NCBI GenBank assembly: GCA_016748015.1
Contig: JAAOMT010000400.1
Span: 434,001 to 498,000, forward strand
Source of the DNA: Geosiphon pyriformis uo1
Lineage: Eukaryota; Fungi; Glomeromycota
Direction of reading: 5' to 3'
Length of the DNA stretch: 64,000 nucleotides
In this document: piece by piece, positions 53,973 to 64,000 of the stretch
Layout of the letters: the number at the start of each line of letters is the position of its first letter
Position numbering within the stretch: the stretch's first letter is position 1
Translations under genes and position numbers: made by a program
Notes under the pieces: model-generated
What the model was told of the DNA's origin: nothing
Database searches by the model: none
Seen by the model: the letters and a program-made list of their open reading frames with translations, nothing else

Positions 53973-56423
53973 CTTTCTCTCTTATATCTACAAATTCTCA
54001 AAAAGCACTTTTCTGAAGAAGTTTTTTTTATTTTATTTTTCTTGTTAGTATTTCACAATTTCTCTTTCTAATAATCTCTTTTTCGTAAACTTGGAGACTG
54101 CTTTTAGTAGTGACATGTCTAAAAAAAAGGCATCAAAGAGTGCTTTTCATGGTCCTGCAGGTGGCTCTTTCTCACAGAAAAAAAAAGTTGTGCTTAAAAA
54201 TATTAAACACTCTGGTAACAAAAAAGATATCTCTCTGAGCAGATCTGAGCTTAGTGACAATGTGTTTTCTAATGTGGATAGTCTGTTTGGTGATAAAAAA
54301 GGTGCTAATATGACTGACATTAATGTTGGGTCTTTTTTGGGTTCAGCTGCCAATACTCTTAAAGTAAAGTGTGTTAATACTGGTGCTGTTTTTGGTTCCC
54401 CACTTGGTTTTCCTAATTTTGACATAAATGATAATAAAGAAGTATCTCTTCCTTTTTGTCTTTTAATCTTTCTGGATAAGAAGTGAGTCAATCTCAAAAT
54501 TGTTAAGACTCAAATGGAAGTCTCAGTTAAGAAATTATTTGCTTTGGACATTAATCTTTCAGCTATAGAAGGGAAATTAGCAATGACAAAAACCCAAATC
54601 ATCAGAAATTTTTTTTCAACAATCAATGGTTTTGGGGGGGCCACTACCCTTTTAAAATTTGAAGAGATCATCCGATCTACCTTTACTTCAAAAAAAGCAT
54701 GAAAATGGCTGCATTATTGGCCAAAGAAAAAGAAATCAATGTAAACAATGATTTTAAAAAACAAGAAATCCATTCAAATTGGACTGTAGTAATTTAAAAA
54801 ATTCCTATGAACACACCAAAGAAATAATCATCACTGCAGTATCTGTTTTTGGGGAAATTAAGTCAATCAAAATTCAGCTAATTAGAATATGGCAAAAGGC
54901 TGTGATGGAATTTGCTAAATTGGGACAAGCAGAGCAACTTGTATCAAAATAGTTATTTCTTATTGGGAAGAACTCAGTGCATGTGGCTATGGCCATGGAA
55001 GATCAGGATACTTGAATATCTAGGGATTACTTTAGAGTGCTTCTGTTTGCTTTGCCAGTGAGAACAACTGCACATGATCTTGGTACTCTTTTAGAAGGGG
55101 CTGGTGGAAAAACCTGTATCATTAATTATTCATTGAATTCTGGTAACTGGGTTTGCTGTGCCATGGTTGGTTTTGGATCTGAGAAGAATTTGGAGTTTGT
55201 GTATCATACTGAGCTGATATTTGGTAGTGTTAAACTTTTTTGGACTAGATTGAATTTGGTTTGCTACAGGAATTGTGAATGCTTTGGTCATTCTGCTATG
55301 AAGTGTGATGTATCTACTACACCCAATGCTAAATTCTTAAGATTTATTAAAAAGGTTATTTCAGACATACATTGTTTTTAGCTGGCAAAGCTATATGTAA
55401 AGAAGAGTGTTCCTATCTCCTGTCCTGCTGCTTTTGGTAACAAGTCTTGAGTGCAGGTAGTTTCAATTGTTTCTCCTTTTGGTGGCTCTTATTTCAGTTC
55501 TGGTTCTGGATCTGGTTTTTTTTCTCTTGGTGTCATTCATAATAAAGGGAATACTCTGAATAGTCATAATTATTCCTCAATTAACAATTGTCTGGCTTCA
55601 TTGGAATGCTCTTTGGAATTGTTAGCTGATCAAGTATCAGATGTTTTGCACAGGTTGAATGGCATGGAGCTGGTGTTTTTGGTGCCTGTTCTCAAAGTTA
55701 GACATCTAAATATCTCTATTCTTGAGTTGTCAATATTGGATGCTGATATGATTTTGGATATTCTCCAGCCATTTCTTCTTCCTTTGTCTTCCAAGATAGA
55801 AGAAAAGACAGTTGATTTGGGTTTAAATAGTTTAAAAGTTCTGACTTCTAAAGTTGGCGAGTTGGAATCTAAAATGATAGCTCTTAAAGTTTCTATTAAA
55901 TCAATTTTGGAGAAGTTGGATCTGTTGTGTATGAATTCAGGTTCTTTAACACATCATTCACATCAATAAGTGGGCTTGTTTAAAGGGTGGCTACATGTAA
56001 TGTTAAAAGTATGACAAATTTGGCTAAACAAGATAACATTGTTTATTAACATAGGGATTTGGGTAATATAATTTCTATTGTTACTGAGACAAAATTGAGA
56101 TCTGATATTAGGCCTTAGATTATGGATAAGTTTGATGATGTCTGGGTTTTTACCACTGGTTTGGATGTTGGTTTTTGAGGTGCTAGTATTGTCATTATCA
56201 TGAACACTTTTTTGGCCTGACATGTTTTGAAAATAGATGAGATTCCTAGTCAGTTAGTTTCTGTGTGCCTTTTATTCAAAAACAAGCTTTTAGTTATGAT
56301 TTTGGGTCTATACGCTGGTGTATCCATTAGTACATGTTTTGGTTAAGCTGCTGTCATCAATTCTATGATTTCAAGGTGGTTAATTCCAGCTCTTTTGTGA
56401 TTTTGGATGGTGACTTTAATGAA
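53973..56423 (+). mobile_element. LINE L1, 5' half (5' UTR, ORF1, start of endonuclease, ending at GDFNE)
   Basis: ORF1 pieces 54091-55969; ORF2 start VATCNV...ETKL; 5' end similar to 56572-56630. Confidence 0.9.
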
Positions 56424-56571
56424 TAAAAATTATTTTCAGATAGATAATATGATTATTTTAAATAATATTTGTTATTTTGTTTGTTAAAGTTTTTAATTAA
56501 TTAAATATGTTAAATAAGAAACTAATTTTAATACTAATATGATTTTTTATAATATAATTTTAAATATTAAT
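56424..56571 (+). mobile_element. LINE L0 continuation (post-RNaseH)
   Basis: NNICYFV equals GNVRHFV after G>A/C>T changes. Confidence 0.7.
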
Positions 56572-56643
56572 CTTTATCTCCTTCGTCCCAAATTCCAGAA
56601 AAGAGTCAAAATTTTGAAAGAAGTTTTTCTGTTTTTTTATATA

Positions 56644-58539
56644 CTGTCTTCCACCATTTCACAAGAAACAAACCCTTTTGTTGTTGGTCCAGCTGCCATT
56701 ATAAGTGGCCCTAGTGTTAAGAGAAGGTCAGCCAGAGTTTTGACCACTGGTTCAGTTGGTGGTAGTTCAGGTCATAAAATCAAGAAACTCCTCAGTGGTA
56801 CCAAGCTCTCAAGTAGTGGTGCAACTCTCAAAAGTGGTGGGTCTGGTCATGTGGTCGGGCAGTTTAATGGCATGGATACTGATGGAGAAGCTTCTGAAGG
56901 TAAAGAAGTACCTGATTCCAGGATGAATACGCTTTAAGCCAAGCATTTCAATTATGGTGCGACTGTCGGCTTTATTAATTATGACATAAAGGAAGAAGAG
57001 AAAGTCTCTCTTTTCTCTTGTAAGTTTTTCTCTTTGGATAAAGTGTGGGTGGATCCCAAAATCATTAAAACTCAAGTAAAAGTCACTGTGAAAAAATCAT
57101 TTACTTTGGACATTAATCTTTTGGCTATAGAAGAGAAATTGGCAACAGCCAAGACTCAGATCATAAGAAAATTATTTTCAGGAATCAATAGTTTTGGGAG
57201 AGCCACTACCCCCTCAAAATTTGAAGGGATCATCAAATCTACATTCACGTCTAAAGAAAGCATGGAAAGAGCTGTGTCATTGGCTAGAAAAAAGGGGATT
57301 ATCATAAACAGCAATCTCAAAAGACAAGGAATTCGCTCAGATCAGGCCATAGTAATCAAGAAAATTCCCATGGATACACCTAAGAACATGATCATCACTG
57401 CAGTAGCTGAATTTGGAGAAATTAAGTTGATCCGTGTACAACTGATTGGGCTATGGCAGAAGACTGTGGTTGAGTTTGCCAAATCGGAACAGACAGTACA
57501 ATTGGCTTCTAAGTGGTCATTCCTAATTGGGAAAGATTTGGTGCGTGTGACTATGGCTGTGAGAAATCGCAAGACTTGGGCTTCTAGAGATTGGTTCAGA
57601 GCACTGTTGTTTACTTTGCCAGTGGGAACGACAGCTCATGATCTTGACAATCTGTTAAAGGAGGCTGACGGGAAAACTTGCATTATCAATCGGTCATTTG
57701 AAATGGGCAATAGGGTTCGCTGTGCTGTGGTTGGTTTTGATTTTGAGGAGAAGCTGGAAGCTGCTTTTTGCATGGAACCAATTTTTGGCGGTGTGAAACT
57801 TTCTTGGGCTAGGTTAGACTTGGTTCGGTGTGAAAAGTGTGGGAGATTTGAACACTTAGCCTTGGAATGCAATGCTTCTGATGTTTCTGTTCTTGCGCTT
57901 TCTATTGCTTTGAAAAAAGGAAGACATGTTTTCAGTATGAATTGCTTTCATTTAGCCAAGTTATATGCAAAGAAAAATGTTCCTATCTCTCAGTCTGCTG
58001 CCTTTGGTGACAAATCTTGGGCTCAGATGGTCTCTCTTGCTTTCTTTGCTGGTGGCTCTCCCTCTGGTTCTGGTTTTGGTTTTGGTTTCTCTTTGTCAGG
58101 TGCTTCAGGTTTGGTTGGTGGTGCTTTCTCCTCCCCAATTGACAGGTCTCTTTTGGATGCTCAGTTGGCGTTTTTGGAGCGCTCTCTTGAACTTTTGGCT
58201 GACCAGGTTTCTGGCATTCTTAGAAAATTGAATTTTGTTGAATTGGTGCCCATGGTGCCATCTTCTGATACTTTTTCTTTGGTTGGCTCTGTACCTGTGG
58301 CTCCTGTTTTGGACTCAAATATGGTTTTGGATGGCGCGTTGACGTTACCCTCTCCCCCTCCCTCAAATGCTGAGTTGGATGTGGGTTTCAGTTCAAGTAG
58401 TTCAAAGGTTCTGACCACCAAAGTGGGTGGCTTGGAGTCTAAAATGTTGGCTCTAGAGGCTTCAGTCAGTTCTGTTTTGGCGAAATTGGATCTCTTGTGT
58501 TCTGATTTGGGTTCCTTTTTACTGCTTTCATCCCAATGA
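56644..58539 (+). pseudogene. LINE ORF1 (RRM-like regions, CCHC knuckle, coiled coils); start uncertain
   Basis: ORFs 56539-56937 and 57034-58539 share a frame with one TAA; CEKCGRFEHLALEC knuckle. Confidence 0.88.
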
Positions 58540-61500
58540 GCGGTCTGATTTGGAAATTTGCTACATGTAATGTTTGTAGAATCAATGTCCCTGCCAAGCA
58601 GGAGGATGTTATACGTTGGCATCACAATTCTGGCAATTTGGTCTCGTTCATCATGGAAACAAAGTTGAGGTCTTCTACTAGGCCATAGATTGCAGATAAG
58701 TTTGATGAAGTGCGAATTTTTTCTTCAGGATTGGATAAGGGTTTTGTTGGTACTGGGGTTGTGATTATTATGAACAGTTCATTGGTTCGACATGTTTCTA
58801 AGATTGAAGAGATCCCTGGTCGAGTTATTTTGGTGTGTCTTTTGTTCAAAGGCAAGCTTTTGGTGACTGTACTTGGTTTGTATGCTGGCGCATCTCTGGG
58901 CGTTTGTTTTAGGCAGGCATTTAAGGTTAATTCATTCATTGTTAAGGCTGTTAATGCCAGCAATTTTGTTGTCTTGGGTGGAGATTTTAACGAAAATGAA
59001 TCTGAGAGGAGTGTGAGTTATGGGTTTTGCTTGGGTTTTGGTCTGGTCAATTCACTTGCTGGCCATCAGTTGACAAAGGCTTCTATGTGGAGCAACTTGA
59101 GAGAGATAGAAAAAACTATTGATTACATTTTGGTTAGTGAGAATCTGTTTTCTGCTGTTGTTAAGCATTGGGTTGGGTCAGTCTCAGAATTTTTTGATAC
59201 AGACCACAAGGCTGTTATGGTGTCAGTTGGTCTGGGCAGATTTTTGGATGTTCAGTTGAATAGTTTGCGCAAGCAGGCTAACAAAAATTGTTGGAAGTTC
59301 AAGGTCAAGGATGCAGATGCTTCCAAGTGGTCTGAGTTTAGGGATTGTGTTTCAGCTAAGCTTTTGTTGATCAAGGACCTTTTCTCTGATGCTAAAGCTG
59401 GTGGTGATTTGAATACCATGTGGACAATTTTAGGAAAAGTGATGGTTGAGTCTGCTGATGAGATTTTTTCCAGACAATGGTTTAGTGAATTTCAATGTTC
59501 TAAAAATAAGCATTTTTCAAAGTTCTTTGGGTTGAAGTTACTCGTTGCCAAGATTGTTGGTGTGGTTTGTGCTGGTAACGTGCTTGAAGTTGATTATCTT
59601 GTGAGAAAATAGTCTACTTTGGATGAGGCCAAAGCTTGCACATTCTCTAATTTGGTTAGATTAGATGTAAGTAGTATGGTTCTTCTTAAGTATCTGTCAT
59701 CAAGTCGCAAAGAATACAGAAAGTTGAAGATGTTTGAATCGAGGTTGGCTGAGGAAGTTTCTATTAGGAGAGCTGTAGAGAGACACATGGAGAGTTTTGC
59801 TTTTAATAAAGAGAGCATGATAAGGAATGTATTGGATCGGCCTTTTCGCAAGGTAATTCTTGATTATTTGGTTATTAATGATGGTTTGGTTCTGGAATCT
59901 GTGGAAATAAAGTCTAAGATAGACGAGATTATGGTGGAATGGACAAGGAAGCAGGTGGTGCCTACAGTGGTGTCTGAACTCTGGGCTCGCCAGTATGTAT
60001 CTTTGGATCATATACGGGATGATGCTTTTTCTGGGGTAATGCATGAAATTGGTTTGGGTGAGCTGTTATCAGTTGTTGGGAGTCTGCCTAATAGCAAGGC
60101 TGCTGGCTTGTTTGGCATTCCTAATAAGCTGTAGAAGCATGGTGGTGATGTGGTGTTAGGTTGTTTTCTGAAGCTGTTGAATACGTGTTTGGTTGTTGGA
60201 GGTGTGTCTACTTTGTGGAGAAGAGCGTGAGTTTTGATGATTCTGAAACCTTATGACTGGGATGAGGTTCTTATGAACACTCAGTCTATTGTGCTGATCG
60301 AGACTGCCAGGAAGATTCTCTCCAAGATTCTTTCTGACAGGATTTTGTCAGCTTGTAGCAAGTTTGGTATTCTGCATGATGATAATTTTTCTGTTTTAAA
60401 GGGTACGTCTACCCAGTCTCCAGTGTTTGCTGTCGGCTCGGTAGTTAAGAATGCTTTGGAAAAAAATCAAGAACTTTGGTTAGTGTTGCAGAATATGAGT
60501 AAAGCATATAACTCAGTTGGGTGGTACTACTTGGAAGCGAGCTTGAAGCACATCAAGATATGCAGTAGGTTTATTAGTTTTTTTAGTGGTATACACAATA
60601 ATAGGGTTAACAAGATTATGACAAATTTTGGTATGTCAGATGGCTATCATGTGCACAATGGTTTGGATCAAGATGAGGTTTTCTCCCTTCTTCTTTGGAG
60701 AATCTTCTATAATCCGCTATTGTATGAGGTCAAACGGCATAAACATTTGTGTGGATACAGGATTGACACTAAGTTTGTGGTGAGAACTGGTAGAATTAAG
60801 AGTAGTGGTGGGATGTCCTTCTTTTTTGCTGCTGGTGCTTTTGTGAATGATACAATTTGGGTAGGAGATTGCCAGGCTTCCACGCAGTATGCTCTTAATA
60901 TTGCTAGTGAATTTTTTTCTATCAATGATATTTTAATTAATAATGAGAAGATGGTGGCTATTCCAATTAATCAGAGTGTCAAGGTTGCTTCATTAAGTAT
61001 TAGTAATCAGCCGATCTTTATAGCAAAAAAGGGTGAAGCTTACAGGTACCTGGGAATCTTTTTGTTGACTAAAGAGTTGTCCAAACCTAGTTTGGCCAAG
61101 GCATACTCAGATGTCCATTTTTTTACCAATGTAGTACTCAGAAAAGTCATCACAGACAAGCAGTTTTCTTATTTGGTCTTAGCTGTTTTATAGCCAATTA
61201 TTAGTTACAGAATGCAGTTTAGTTTTGTCTCCTCTGGTATATGCCACAAGTGGGACATTTTGGTAAGGAAGGGTCTCAGGTCTAAGGCTTGCTTACCTCG
61301 TGACTTCCTGAATGAAGCTTTGCATTATTCTTCTTTTTATGGCTTGAAGCCTTTCGATCAGATACAGTCCAAAAGCAAGATGGCTGCTGTGATCTTTTTT
61401 TCAAATGCTCTGGGTATTCTTGGTCGGTTGTTTCTCCATCGCTTCTTGGATTTGCAGGTTCTTGGGTGAATGTTCTTGAATCCATTGCAGTTTCCAGTCA

Positions 61501-63205
61501 AGCTGCATATTAGTCCTGTGAACAATTTTTTAGCTGGTATGGTCAAAATCTTTTTGGATTGTGAGCTGTTTTTAGTGAATATTCTGCCTAGTGCTTTTAG
61601 GGATCCTGGTGTTTTTCCTATGTCTGTGATTTTGGGGAAGTCTTTGTTTCTTAGTTGTGTTTGTTCTTTAAAGCATTTTGGGATTGCCTTTAGTAACAGA
61701 CTTCTTGACAAAAAAGATGCTGTAATGGATTGGAAGACTTTTCATCATTGAAAAAAACTTGATCCCAGGGGCCCTGTGTTTCATTGGTTCAATGTCATGC
61801 ATAAGTTTTTGCTGGATAGGGGCTTGGCACCACATACTGCTAATAATGCTGGTGGTTCTTTGGGCTGTAGTGTTTTGGACTCTGAACAGTTTGCTTTTGT
61901 GCGAGATGATTTGCTTGAAGTTTGGTCTGACTCTTTGGATGTTTATACTGATGGTTCATTGAAATCAGCTGGCTCCTCCAGCATGGTTAGTGGGGCCGCT
62001 GCTTATTTTTCTGCTTTGGATGCAGGAGTTGGTGTTGGTGTATGTGGGCTTTTATCTTCGACTCTGTTGGAATTGCAGGCTGTGGCTCTTGCTCTGGAAT
62101 GCATTCCTTTCTCTTGTTCAGTGGTTTTGTATCTCAACAGCCAAGTTGCCATTGATGCGTGTGTGTCTGAATTGGCTTTTGTTGTCCCTGACTTTCACAA
62201 TCATTGTTGGATTGAGAGAAAACATGTTGCCAATTTAATTAGGGATAAGGATCTTGCTGTGAGTTGGGAGTTTCTGGCAATGATCAAGCTGATGCACTAG
62301 CTGGTAAGGCTGTTGGCTCTCCCATTTTTTTGCCGTCTGGAGTTCATGAGTGTTTTCTGTTGGCTAAGGATACTGCAGTTTCAGGTAATGTTCGTCACTT
62401 TGTTAGGGATGTTTTTAGATCTGTTTGTTGTGCTCGTTGGGAGACTGGTCCGGGTTATGATGTGGTTCCAGCTATTCCATTGCAGCATTTTGATTGGGAC
62501 ATTTCCGCATGGGTCTGGCATCCTGACTTGTATATGCTTGCTGAATTTACCAGCTGGAAATTGGCAAGTTTTCGCACATACTTGATGAAGGCTCTACATA
62601 GAAAATTGCCAGTGGTTGTTCACAAAAAATTGTACAATAAACATTATCCTGGTGTTCAGTGTTTGTTGTGCGATGAAGTGGAGTTGTCTGACCATGTTTT
62701 TACTTGTTTTCGAAATGTTTATGTGTGGGAAGATATTCTGTCAGAGATATCTGCTCATTGGATTTCCATGGCTGGTGCGTGTAATTCGTCTTCTTCCTCT
62801 GTTTTAAGGACTCTTAATCTCTGCTAGTCGGACGTTGGCTTGTATTCAGTCATGTATAGAGGATTTGTGCTTAAGGATTGGTGTGCAGAGGCTGTTGGCA
62901 TTTTTAAGGATGTTAAGTGTGCTTCTGGTGTGGTTGTTAACTTTGTGAGGTATTTGGTTGAGTTACATCGATCTAAAGTGTGGTTGGTTAGATCTAAATT
63001 TAGGGTAAACATGGAAAAAGCAGGTTTGGTTGGTGATGATAGTTTGGTGTTAGGACTGTTGCATTGTATGACTTCTATGCTTTCGGATGATGTGATCAGG
63101 TTGCTTGGCATTGTGGAGTCTTTTGCTGTAAGTTTTGGCTGTCGCAGGCCTTGTCTTTTTTTTTCCAGTTTGGATGGTAATCTGTATGTTAGTTTAAGTG
63201 TATAG
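58536..63205 (+). pseudogene. LINE ORF2: APE endonuclease, RT, RNase H, C-terminal zinc finger
   Basis: ATCNV, ETKL, GGDFN, IDYI, TDH (APE); SKAYNSV, GLDQD, FVNDT, YLG (RT); VYTDGS, ELQAV (RNaseH); CLLCDEVELSDHVFTC; several stops and one frameshift at about 62266. Confidence 0.93.
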
Positions 63206-63351
63206 TGTTGTCTTGTCTGGTCCGAGTGGCTTGCCACATGTAGAAAGTGTGTGAATTGCATTTAGTTTGAGCCACTTGGTTTGGTTCTATGTACTAGGTA
63301 GTGGTTGGACTTCACTCATTAAATGAATAAAAAAAAAAAAAAAATATTAAT

Positions 63352-64000
63352 AAATATTGTATATTTATTGTTTAATAATTAAATTTATATATAAATTATA
63401 ATTTTACTAACAAATTTATAATTAAAATATATATATATCTTATAAAAACTGTTTACAGATAAATTTTTATTGTTGTTTAAAAATAGTTATATAATTAACA
63501 ATATTCTAAAATAATTTGTTTTTATTATAAAAAGATTGAATTCTTAAATTATATCTTTATATATGAATCTAATACTGATATTTAATTGGATTTTTTATAT
63601 AATTTGTTAAAGTTTTGGTTTTTTTATGTAGATATTGTTGGTTTTTGTTCTTTCATAATACAGTTTTTAAGTTGTAGTGTTTTAAACAGTTTAATTTATA
63701 TGATTTTATACAAAGATATTGTCTTTAATAATTGATATATTAATATATTAATAGTTTTTAAAGATATTAAATCAGCTTAATTATTAATAATCAATCTTAT
63801 TTATTAATTAATAAAGAATTATAAAGAAAAAATTTAGTTGTATTAATTTAAGTAGAAAGCAGTAATAAAAAAAAATAATTTGGTAAATAATTTACATATT
63901 ATTTTTTATTGTTTATATAGTTTGGTAGCAAATTTGTTAAATAAAATTATTTAGTTATTCGGTTATTAAATATTAATAAAGTTATAGCTATTAGTTTTGA
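63352..64000 (+). mobile_element. LINE L0 3' part (zinc-finger region), runs off the window
   Basis: IYLIKTVYR*IFIVV*K*LYN...ICFYYKKIEFLNYIF at about 63433-63558 corresponds to TYLMKALHRKLPVVVHKKLYN...CLLCDEVELSDHVF. Confidence 0.75.

Larger units (their letters stand above)
56572..63344 (+). mobile_element. Full-length LINE L2 (6.8 kb), youngest LINE, inserted in L0
   Basis: ORF1, ORF2, 3' UTR and poly(A) 63329-63344; TSD AAATATTAAT at 56562-71 and 63342-51. Confidence 0.94.

Noticed and set aside
56640-56650. Non-AUG (CTG) start for L2 ORF1
   Set aside because: Only one copy supports it and ATG>ATA decay could explain the missing Met.
63206-63330. Self-cleaving ribozyme in the LINE UTR
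   Set aside because: No hammerhead CUGANGA/GAAA core or HDV-like fold recognised by eye.

Overview
AT-rich eukaryotic DNA made almost entirely of decayed, nested retrotransposons; I find no host gene, RNA gene or CRISPR array. The repeat families resemble those I recall from Glomeromycotina fungi such as Geosiphon (inference, not searched). Bases 1-37.4 kb are a four-level nest of Ty3/Gypsy LTR elements (C inside B inside A inside D) plus three solo LTRs. They share TGTTAC...GTAACA termini, 4-bp target-site duplications (TSDs) and the architecture N-extension-Gag-CCHC-protease-Cys-rich domain-dUTPase-RT-RNaseH-integrase, followed by an extra ORF3. Bases 38.5-64 kb are a cluster of LINEs (ORF1 RRM/CCHC; ORF2 APE-RT-RNaseH-zinc finger) containing a short non-autonomous LTR element (E). 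Main observations: (1) an ORF1-only, HAL1-like retroposon that carries the LINE 3' UTR, poly(A) and a TSD; (2) the conserved non-Env ORF3 and a Cys-rich domain plus dUTPase in the Gypsy elements; (3) orientation-biased ATGN target sites; (4) a 10.3-kb inversion whose reversal rejoins two different broken LINEs; (5) an age-graded C>T/G>A hypermutation. All alignments and translations were done by eye.
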